In this document: positions 20,112 to 27,613 of the stretch, one piece after another
How the letters are laid out: each line of letters starts with the position of its first letter
Position numbering within the stretch: the first letter of the stretch is position 1
Assembly (NCBI GenBank): GCA_020628265.1
Contig: JAHDFG010000001.1
Location: 1-37,851, forward strand
DNA from: Pseudooctadecabacter sp.
GTDB taxonomy: Bacteria > Pseudomonadota > Alphaproteobacteria > Rhodobacterales > Rhodobacteraceae
Length of the DNA: 37,851 nucleotides
Reading direction: 5' to 3'
Translations under genes and position numbers: made by a program
The notes under the pieces: generated by a model
Databases searched by the model: none
Seen by the model: the letters and a program-made list of their open reading frames with translations, nothing else
Told to the model about the DNA's origin: nothing

Positions 20112-20259
20112 TGAAGCAGCCTTTGGTGAGCAATTTCGGTTGCTTAATGCTTCAACGATTACAGGGGGTTGCCGCAACGAAGCGCACGGACAGGTTCGCG
20201 CCTAATTCGAATACATTGCCACGCGAAGGAGAGGCCCTTTACCTCAACGTGCAGACGCG

Positions 20260-20278
20260 CCTATCCTTTCGGAGTAGG
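20260..20278. promoter_or_regulatory. EPS-locus palindromic box, copy 3 (imperfect; between the wecB-PGT fusion and the response regulator)
   Basis: CCTATCC-TTTC-GGAGTAGG, one extra base in the right arm. Confidence 0.6.
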
Positions 20279-20368
20279 CCTCTAGCTGCTTTTCCTTGTT
20301 TAAGTTGCCTTTGAATTGTCACAAACCTTGATAATAGAGAAACATTCTAGACTTTTGGGTATGACGAA

Positions 20369-20983
20369 ATGAAAGTTCTTATCGCTGACGACCACGATCT
20401 ATTGCGGGATACATTGGTAATGTTCCTGCAAGGACAGGACGGTATGGAGACCTCTTCCGCCGGCACGCTTGACGACGCGATAAAGATTATCGAAGCCGAA
20501 GATCACTTTGATTTGGTCCTTCTTGATTACAACATGCCCGGCATGAATGGTCTGGAGGGGCTCCGCAGAGTTCTGGCGATGGACGCCTGTGAACGGGTGG
20601 CGCTGATCTCGGGTGAGGCCTCCAAGCAGATCGCGGAAGACGCGCTTGAGGCGGGGGCGGCTGGTTTCGTGCCCAAGTCGCTGCCCGCAAAATCACTGGT
20701 GAATGCCGTGAAGTTCATGGCCATGGGCGAGCAATACGCCCCGCTAGATTTTATGACCGCTGCAGAAGAGGCACCTAAGAACGCATTGGCCGACAAACTG
20801 ACCAGTCGCGAATTGCAGGTTCTGGAGGGGCTGACGCAAGGCAAGTCGAACAAGGAAATTGCCCGCGACCTCGATATCACGGAGCCGACTGTGAAACTGC
20901 ACGTCAAGACGCTGTACCGTAAGGTGGGCGCATCGAACCGTACCCAAGCGGCTCTGATCGCACGGGAAGCAGGCCTCTTCTGA
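20369..20983 (+). CDS. NarL/FixJ-family response regulator (REC + LuxR HTH)
   Basis: IADDH, DLVLLDYNMPG, FVPK; LTSRELQVL..GKSNKEIARDL.I.E.TVK.HV. Confidence 0.93.
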   Translation: MKVLIADDHDLLRDTLVMFLQGQDGMETSSAGTLDDAIKIIEAEDHFDLVLLDYNMPGMNGLEGLRRVLAMDACERVALISGEASKQIAEDALEAGAAGFVPKSLPAKSLVNAVKFMAMGEQYAPLDFMTAAEEAPKNALADKLTSRELQVLEGLTQGKSNKEIARDLDITEPTVKLHVKTLYRKVGASNRTQAALIAREAGLF

Positions 20984-21001
20984 CCTATCCCAACGGATAG
21001 G
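20984..21001. promoter_or_regulatory. EPS-locus palindromic box, copy 4 (upstream of gumC-like/wzy-like genes)
   Basis: CCTATCC-CAAC-GGATAGG, perfect 7-4-7 inverted repeat. Confidence 0.72.
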
Positions 21002-21089
21002 GCAGGGCGCAAACGCCCCCTCAAACCCACCCAAAGCCCAAATGCTTGGGGCGACTGAAACGGATAGTCATCTGGTAAGGAGATTCCAG

Positions 21090-22529
21090 ATGACGAGCAT
21101 CACAGCGACAGATCAATCCGTATTGCCAACCAAACCAAAGCGCGGTTTCGCACGGCGCATCCTGATGGGTGGTGGCTTGGGCGACTGGAAGCGTATGCCG
21201 CGCTATGCCGCGACGGCCGTTTTGGGGGCGACGCTCATTTGGGCACCGCTGGTCGGCTACCTCAAGACGGCTCCTCTGTCATACCGGTCCACGACCTCGC
21301 TTATCCTCCCTGGCTCCGGTGCATCGGCCTCAATGAACCTCAATGGTATCGGGCAGGCGTCGTCTTATGCCAACTCCGCTTTTGCCAGCAACGCTGTCAG
21401 CCCGACCGAGACATATAAGCGTCTGTTGGGCGCTGACCGGATTGTCGATGCGGCAGCATTCTCCCTTGGGATCAGCCGCAGTGAATTGGGTGCGCCGCGT
21501 ATCCGCCTTGTGGACCAGACAAGCCTGATCCACTTCGAGATGACAGGCGGTTCGCCTGCCGAAGCACAAGCACGCGGGAACGCATTGCTTCAGGCCTTTT
21601 TTGCCGAGGTGGATGCCCTGCGCGCGGACGAAGTAAGCACCCGCGAGGACAGCGGCACCGAAGCCCTGACCGAATACCGCGAGGCTGTCAGCCAAACCCG
21701 CGCCCGCATCGAAGCGCTGCAAACCACCAGCGGTCTGATGTCCGTTGAACAGTATGACACCCTTTTGGATCGCCATCTGACCCTAGAGGCCTTGATCCTT
21801 GATCGAATGGCAGGCGTGGCGGAACGTCGTGCAAGCGTCGCGGCCCTTGAGATGCAACTGGGGCTGAATGCGGAAGCAGCGGCCGCCACGTTGAAGCTGT
21901 TTGCCGACAGCGGATACCTGACCCTTCTGGACGAAATCGGCGACCTTGAGGTGGCGCTGTCAGACGCAAATTCCCTATATGGTCCGCGTCATCCAAAAGT
22001 CGAAGCGGCCCGCTATGCCCGCGACGAGGCCGCGGCGACCGCTTTGCGGCTGGCCGTACAGGTCACCGGGCTTGATCGCGCGACAATCGGTTCGTTGGAT
22101 ATCGCCCCACAAGGGGCACGGGCCGAATTGTTGTCGGAACTGGTGCGCAAGCAGGTTGAACTGAATGCCGCCGAAGAAGAGTGCGAAACGCTTAAGGCAC
22201 AGCTGGTCGATGGCCAGCAGGAGCTGGACCGTCTGGCCCCCGCTGCGGCCGAGATGCAGGATTTGGAACGGGACTTTTCGGTCTCTGAAGCTGTGTTCGC
22301 GTCGGCTATCGCCCGCACGGAATCGAGCAAGTCGGATGTCTATGCCTCTTACCCGTTGGTGCAGGTCCTCGAAGATCCGTCCCTGCCGGAACGCCCCGCA
22401 TCCCCCAATCGCAAGATTGCGATTGCTGCAGGCATTGCGGCGACCTTGATGATGCTAATTGGCCTGTCTCTGGGCTGGATCCGCAATGCGCTGTTGTCCC
22501 GTCTTCTGGTGAAGCCGAAAGCCGACTAA
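21090..22529 (+). CDS. GumC/Wzc-N-like polysaccharide co-polymerase (chain-length determinant) without a kinase domain
   Basis: Two terminal TM segments flanking a coiled-coil region; YGPRHPKV and VLEDPSLP..PASP motifs; AAGGAG RBS before ATG 21090. Confidence 0.8.
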   Translation: MTSITATDQSVLPTKPKRGFARRILMGGGLGDWKRMPRYAATAVLGATLIWAPLVGYLKTAPLSYRSTTSLILPGSGASASMNLNGIGQASSYANSAFASNAVSPTETYKRLLGADRIVDAAAFSLGISRSELGAPRIRLVDQTSLIHFEMTGGSPAEAQARGNALLQAFFAEVDALRADEVSTREDSGTEALTEYREAVSQTRARIEALQTTSGLMSVEQYDTLLDRHLTLEALILDRMAGVAERRASVAALEMQLGLNAEAAAATLKLFADSGYLTLLDEIGDLEVALSDANSLYGPRHPKVEAARYARDEAAATALRLAVQVTGLDRATIGSLDIAPQGARAELLSELVRKQVELNAAEEECETLKAQLVDGQQELDRLAPAAAEMQDLERDFSVSEAVFASAIARTESSKSDVYASYPLVQVLEDPSLPERPASPNRKIAIAAGIAATLMMLIGLSLGWIRNALLSRLLVKPKAD

Positions 22530-23818
22530 TGACCGACATGAACCCCATAGAACGCGCGATCTACCGCGTGTTGGTCTGGACGTGGCCGCTTTATGGTCTC
22601 GGCGCGCTTTACGTGGTGGGGCCTGTGATCGCGTGGCTCCTCGGCGGGCTTGCTGTCCTGATCCTGTACCTTGGACCTGCCGTGCGCGAGGATATGCGCG
22701 CTGTGGGGACCATTCCACCTGTGGTTTGGGCATGGATTACGGGCATGTTTGTGCTGTTGGTGGCGCTATGGGTGGGGCACTTGGACTGGTCGCTTGGCAC
22801 CAAACAGACCATCAAATCCTCGATTGGCTGGGCCAAAGGTTGGGCACTTCTGGCGCTGTTCCCGCTCGTGGGGGCCGTTTTGCCCATCCGCCGCTCCGTG
22901 CTGGCACGGGCGCAATGTGTGGTCGGCCTTTGGACGTTGGTGCTTGCCCCCGTTTTGTTGGCCGCACCCTATATCGGATTACCGGAGCGCATCTTCACCT
23001 CTCCTTTGAAGGCGATTGGCGGCCCGGGGCCTGAGTATTTCTCGGTTTATTTCTTCACGTGGGATCCGGCCAGTTGGACCCCGCGGTGGCAGTTTTATGC
23101 GCCTTGGTCCCCCTTTGCCGCCCTGCTTGGGGTCGTCATGGTTCTGTTTGCGCTCGAAGAGAAAGAGATCAAATGGCGTAGCATCGGGGTTGCAGCTGGG
23201 GTTTTGATGATCCTCGCGTCCAAGTCCCGCATGGGGCTGGTTGGGCTTGTTGCCTGCACGATCGGCCCGCGCATGATGCCACTGCTGTTGCGGGGCTGGG
23301 CATGGCAGGCGGTTTCGGCGTTGACCGCATCAATGGCGGTTTTTGGCGCGGCAGTTGCCACGGCGGCGATGGACGGTGTGGCCGCTTTCAAAGCCGCACG
23401 TGCAGACAGCACCCGTGTTCGCGAAACGTTGCAGCGCATCGCGCAGGAACGGTGGTACAATGATGCCTTCTGGTTTGGTCATGGCACCGTCCAGCCCGGC
23501 AGCCATGCCGTGGAATACATGCCCATCGGCAGCCATCACACGTGGTTCGGGCTGCTCTTTGTCAAAGGTCTGGTTGGTCTCCTTGCGCTTCTTGTTCCCT
23601 TTGTCTGGCAAACCGCGATGGCGCTGAAGGATGCTACTTTGGGGCCGCGGGGCAGGTTGCCACTGGGCATCATGATGACGCTGACGCTTTTGTCCTTTGG
23701 CGAGAACATCGAGATTGAGGCCTATCTTCTGTGGCCCGCCCTGATCGTTTTGGGAATTCATGCCCGCGAAATGCGTGACGGGCCGCAGCAAGACACCACC
23801 GGTGCGGCGCTGTCTTGA
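22529..23818 (+). CDS. Wzy/O-antigen ligase-like polysaccharide polymerase
   Basis: Multi-TM; SKSRMG, S..VR, FGHG and GSHHTW..LL...GLVG motifs. Confidence 0.75.
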   Translation: MTDMNPIERAIYRVLVWTWPLYGLGALYVVGPVIAWLLGGLAVLILYLGPAVREDMRAVGTIPPVVWAWITGMFVLLVALWVGHLDWSLGTKQTIKSSIGWAKGWALLALFPLVGAVLPIRRSVLARAQCVVGLWTLVLAPVLLAAPYIGLPERIFTSPLKAIGGPGPEYFSVYFFTWDPASWTPRWQFYAPWSPFAALLGVVMVLFALEEKEIKWRSIGVAAGVLMILASKSRMGLVGLVACTIGPRMMPLLLRGWAWQAVSALTASMAVFGAAVATAAMDGVAAFKAARADSTRVRETLQRIAQERWYNDAFWFGHGTVQPGSHAVEYMPIGSHHTWFGLLFVKGLVGLLALLVPFVWQTAMALKDATLGPRGRLPLGIMMTLTLLSFGENIEIEAYLLWPALIVLGIHAREMRDGPQQDTTGAALS

Positions 23819-23838
23819 ACCCATTACACGCGCGGCGA

Positions 23839-25557
23839 TCAGTAGTCGCGCGGTGCGCCCTTGTCTGCCTGAACCACGAAATCAAGCTCGACGCGGTAGA
23901 CCTCTCCTGCCGGATGGCTTTTCAGGGTTCCGTCCAGTTGCAGGGCAAAGGCCCGCATCAGCTGTCGTCCGAGACCCTTGGCCGGATCGGCGGGCGTTGT
24001 CTCTTGTCGGTCGGGCGAGATCGCATTTTCCAGCACAAGGCGGACGTGTCGCGCACCCTTGGACGCCAACCCGATTTTAAGGAAGCCATTGTCGGGATCA
24101 ATGTATTGCAGGGCGTTGTTCAGGGCCTCTGAAACAAACATCGTAAGCGGCACAGCCTGATCCGGCAGGATCGGGATCGGCTGCATCTCAAGGCTGATGT
24201 CGATGCCTTGGGCGCGTGCGTCCGCAACCCTTCGGGATTGATCGATGAACTGCTGGATCAGCATGGACGCGTCAATCTTCGTCAGGTTCTCGGACTTGTA
24301 GAGTGTCTGGTGAACATTCGACAAACCAAGGATACGGTCCTGCACCTTTCCAAGCGAAAGGCGGGTTTCCTCTTCCGTGGCTTTCCGGATTTGCATGTTC
24401 ATGATCGACGAAATGATTTGCAGGTTGTTTTTCACGCGGTGGTGGATTTCCTTCAGGAAAATCGACTTTTCACGCAGGCGATCGGCCTGTTCCATTTCGT
24501 CTTGCACGATGTCGCGTGCCATATCGGTGAAGGCGGTGTTCAACTCTGCAAGCTCAAGCGACATGTTGGATGCCGGCGCCTGCTGTGGCACGGTCCGGTT
24601 GAGGGCAAAGCGTTTCATGTCGGCGTTCAGGTCTTTGATGCGGTCGACAACGAAACGGTGGATCGCAAACCACGCCACCAGAAGACTGGCCAGCCACATC
24701 AGCGCCGGCAACACGATCGTCAGGACCGCAGGGGAGGCAAAGCCCGTTCCAATGGTATGCGGATTCCAAGTTCCGAGGGCATAAACGACGCCGGGAACGA
24801 TCGTGACCACGGAATACACAAGGTCACGTCCGGACCGGCTTTGTGCTGTGTAGGTCCGGTCACGGTCCTGAGCGAGAGCGGCGAGATCAAGATCAAGGGG
24901 CAGCAGAGGATCGAGGCCACGCCGATCCGTGTGCGAAGACAGGATCTGACCGCTGCGATTGAAGGTGATCAGGCTGACCGGTTCCACACCGTCGGTGAAA
25001 TCCGGTGCGGACTCCACATGATCCAGAGCGACGGATATGGCGATGAGGCCGTGCATTGCGCCCCCTTTGAAGTGAGGCTGGGTGATCACAAGGACGGGGA
25101 TGCCGGATTCCTGTCCCTCAAACACGAGGTCTACGGAGGGGCGTGGGTGCTCCAGTGCTTCCTCAAGTCCTGGTGAATTGGAAAAGTCGATGATTTCACC
25201 CGATGAGGAACAGGGGCTGATGCCATCCATATTGATGTAACCAGTGAAGACGTAGCCCGTGTCGGCGGACAGGAAGCGGCGTAGCGTCGGCCCACATTGT
25301 TCGGGCGTTTCCCGCAGCAGGTCTATAGTATCGCCCATGGCCTTGGCCGCGCCGAAAGCCCGCTGGATCACCTGCCGCTCTCCGAATGCGGCCTGATCGG
25401 TCAAGGCCAGCAACGACAATTCCGCCCGAGCAGACATTTCCGCACCCAGACGCTGGCTCTGGACGACGCCGATCACCCCCAATGGCACCATCGCCACCGT
25501 AAGAAAGATCAAAATCCGCGCTGTGAGCCTTCGCGTAAAATTGACCTTCTCCGTCAA
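23839..25557 (-). CDS. Membrane sensor histidine kinase, HisKA_2/HWE type (PhyR-associated, PhyK-like)
   Basis: EIHHRVKNNLQ H-box; two TMs with a Cache-like periplasmic region and HAMP-like linker; TTG start overlaps the ecfG stop. Confidence 0.85.
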   Translation of the reverse strand: MTEKVNFTRRLTARILIFLTVAMVPLGVIGVVQSQRLGAEMSARAELSLLALTDQAAFGERQVIQRAFGAAKAMGDTIDLLRETPEQCGPTLRRFLSADTGYVFTGYINMDGISPCSSSGEIIDFSNSPGLEEALEHPRPSVDLVFEGQESGIPVLVITQPHFKGGAMHGLIAISVALDHVESAPDFTDGVEPVSLITFNRSGQILSSHTDRRGLDPLLPLDLDLAALAQDRDRTYTAQSRSGRDLVYSVVTIVPGVVYALGTWNPHTIGTGFASPAVLTIVLPALMWLASLLVAWFAIHRFVVDRIKDLNADMKRFALNRTVPQQAPASNMSLELAELNTAFTDMARDIVQDEMEQADRLREKSIFLKEIHHRVKNNLQIISSIMNMQIRKATEEETRLSLGKVQDRILGLSNVHQTLYKSENLTKIDASMLIQQFIDQSRRVADARAQGIDISLEMQPIPILPDQAVPLTMFVSEALNNALQYIDPDNGFLKIGLASKGARHVRLVLENAISPDRQETTPADPAKGLGRQLMRAFALQLDGTLKSHPAGEVYRVELDFVVQADKGAPRDY

Positions 25558-26114
25558 CTCATCGCCCCGTTCACACGTGAAGTCACGACGGCCATTGTCG
25601 CAGGGTCTGTCAGTTCCATTGCAGTCTCGTCATCGAGATGCATAAGCTCGGCCAATCTTGCACGGCCTCTGTTGACCCGGCTTTTGATCGTGCCGACGGC
25701 GACTTCACATGTCTGGGCGGCTTCCTCGTAAGAGAACCCTTCTGCGCCGACGAGGATAAGAGCTTCGCGTTGTTCGTCGGGGAGCTCTTCGAATGACTTC
25801 AGAAAGTCTGTCAGTTGAAGCCGGCCATCATGATCGGGCTTTTGCGACAGCGTTTCGGTGAAGGTGCCATCAATATCAGAGACTTCCCGCTTCGCCTTGC
25901 GGCGGTTCGAATAATAGGTGTTCCGAAGGATGGTAAACAGCCACGCGCGCAGGTTCGTTCCGGGCTGGAAGGTATCAATCTTGGTCCAAGCCTTCACAAG
26001 CGTGTCCTGCACCATATCGTCGGCAATTGCGGCGTTCCGCGTGAGCGAGATGGCAAAGGCGCGCATTGCAGGAAGGTGGTCGACCAGTTCATCACGTGGG
26101 TCGGAACTGCTCAT
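25554..26114 (-). CDS. ecfG: General stress response ECF sigma factor (EcfG/SigT)
   Basis: MRAFAISLTRN..ADDMVQDT, GTNLRAWLFTILRN, GTIKSRVNRGR; synteny with nepR and phyR. Confidence 0.92.
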   Translation of the reverse strand: MSSSDPRDELVDHLPAMRAFAISLTRNAAIADDMVQDTLVKAWTKIDTFQPGTNLRAWLFTILRNTYYSNRRKAKREVSDIDGTFTETLSQKPDHDGRLQLTDFLKSFEELPDEQREALILVGAEGFSYEEAAQTCEVAVGTIKSRVNRGRARLAELMHLDDETAMELTDPATMAVVTSRVNGAMS

Positions 26115-26284
26115 TCGTCGCCCTCGGAACTGCTGTGCGGGGCGGGGGAGTCTTGCGCCTTCAGTTGTGCCAAAAGATCCTTGAACCGGTCAGGAATGTC
26201 CTGTCCGGCCACATCATCATAGACCCGTTTCAGGTTCTGGTTGATGACATCGTCGTCGTTTGGGCTATCTTCATTTTTCGACAT
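26111..26284 (-). CDS. nepR: Anti-sigma factor NepR
   Basis: INQNLKRVYDDVAGQDIPDRFKDLLAQL core; AGGAG RBS; ATGA overlap with ecfG. Confidence 0.9.
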   Translation of the reverse strand: MSKNEDSPNDDDVINQNLKRVYDDVAGQDIPDRFKDLLAQLKAQDSPAPHSSSEGDE

Positions 26285-26332
26285 CAAAGAAGATGCTCCT
26301 GCGGTAGAAGTGAAAAAAATCTGCGTCCTCGT

Positions 26333-26364
26333 GGAACCAAACACGCGTTAAGGGGTTTGGTTCC
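26333..26364. promoter_or_regulatory. Overlapping divergent EcfG-dependent promoters for phyR and nepR-ecfG
   Basis: Plus strand GGAAC-N16-GGTT; minus strand GGAAC-N16-TGTT; both fit GGAAC-N16/17-(C)GTT. Confidence 0.75.
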
Positions 26365-26390
26365 ATAAAAATGCAAAAAGGATCAAGAAT

Positions 26391-27194
26391 ATGTCGAAGA
26401 GCGACGATTTTACGGCTCAGGTCGGTGCCGAGGTGCCATTTCTACGGCGCTACGGGCGGGCGTTGACCGGCGCGCAATCGACGGGCGATGCATATGCCGC
26501 AGCTACACTTGAAGCGTTGCTGACGGAACGAAGCATTGCCGAAAATGCGTCTAGCGTGCGGGTTGGTTTGTTCAAGGCGTTCCATGTCATGTGGAAAAGC
26601 TCCGGCGCGCCAGTTGCTGATGAGGAGACGGGGATGCATGCCCAGGCTCAGAAGCATTTGGCAAAACTGACCAAAAACACACGCGAGGCGTTGTTGTTGT
26701 CAACGATCGAAGAGTTCACGATCCCAGAGGTGGCCGAAATTCTGCAAGTCCCTGAAAGCGAAGCAGAACAGCTTGTGTCTGTTGCGCGGGCCGAAATGGA
26801 AGACTCGATCTCAGGCCGCGTGATGATCATTGAAGACGAAGCAATTATTGCCATGGATCTTGAAACCGTGGTCGCTGAAATGGGCCACAAGATCACTGGT
26901 ATCGCGCGGACCCGTGATGAGGCGACCAAGCTTGCCTCTGCCGAGCGTCCTGACCTGATCCTGTCGGATATTCAACTTGCGGACGACTCGTCCGGGATCG
27001 ACGCTGTCAATGACATCCTCAAAGAGCATGGCGAGACGTCCATCATCTTTATTACGGCCTTCCCGGAACGGTTGTTGACCGGTGACAGGCCCGAGCCGGC
27101 GTTCCTGATCTCCAAGCCCTATTCCGAGGCACAGATCAAGTCGGCGGTCAGTCAGGCGATGTTCTTCCGGTCAACGGAACCGCTTCTGGCCTGA
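26391..27194 (+). CDS. phyR: Anti-anti-sigma response regulator PhyR
   Basis: Sigma-like N-terminus PFLRRYGRALTG..GD; C-terminal REC IIEDE, DIQLADDSSG, FITAFPERLLTG.RPEP. Confidence 0.95.
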   Translation: MSKSDDFTAQVGAEVPFLRRYGRALTGAQSTGDAYAAATLEALLTERSIAENASSVRVGLFKAFHVMWKSSGAPVADEETGMHAQAQKHLAKLTKNTREALLLSTIEEFTIPEVAEILQVPESEAEQLVSVARAEMEDSISGRVMIIEDEAIIAMDLETVVAEMGHKITGIARTRDEATKLASAERPDLILSDIQLADDSSGIDAVNDILKEHGETSIIFITAFPERLLTGDRPEPAFLISKPYSEAQIKSAVSQAMFFRSTEPLLA

Positions 27195-27216
27195 TCCTTC
27201 GTTTCGTGCTTGGACC

Positions 27217-27242
27217 GATGCAGCGCGGAACCGTGCTGCATC
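27217..27242. terminator. Stem-loop between convergent phyR and DUF1653-like genes
   Basis: GATGCAGCGCGG-AA-CCGTGCTGCATC inverted repeat; no clear U-tract. Confidence 0.4.
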
Positions 27243-27328
27243 CGGTTGAGCCGGTGTTAAGCAGAGATCTGCCTGACGGCTTCTGCCGTTCGGATCGCGA
27301 CACAGACCCCCACCGGCGGCTCCGCATC

Positions 27329-27613
27329 TTAGGTATCAGTTGCCTGTGGATCGACCAGAGTGACAGGCCTGAACCGGCCATCTTCAAATTCCACCTTCGA
27401 GCGGACCCAAACGGTTCCGTCGGCATCGTCGTAAATGGCGACGTCCGTCCGGTCAGCTTCATTGATCCCGTACCCCAACAGGCGATACCCACCGCCTTTC
27501 TTGTGGCGGTGGGTGGGGTGCCATGGCGTGATGCCGAATGCAGGTGCTGGCGGTGTGGGCGGCGAGGCCTTCTGCGGTGGCTCGCCGCTGAACAGTCGTT
27601 TCAGGAAACTCAT
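27329..27613 (-). CDS. Small DUF1653-like protein, translationally coupled to the NrdJ-like gene
   Basis: HRHKKGGGYRLLG...VAIY...GTVWVRS..EFEDGRF resembles the DUF1653 pattern; ATG overlaps the nrdJ-like TGA. Confidence 0.65.
   Translation of the reverse strand: MSFLKRLFSGEPPQKASPPTPPAPAFGITPWHPTHRHKKGGGYRLLGYGINEADRTDVAIYDDADGTVWVRSKVEFEDGRFRPVTLVDPQATDT

Noticed and set aside
20984-21001. Palindrome read as the terminator of the response regulator gene
   Set aside because: No U-tract, and the same sequence occurs in divergent promoter regions where no gene ends.
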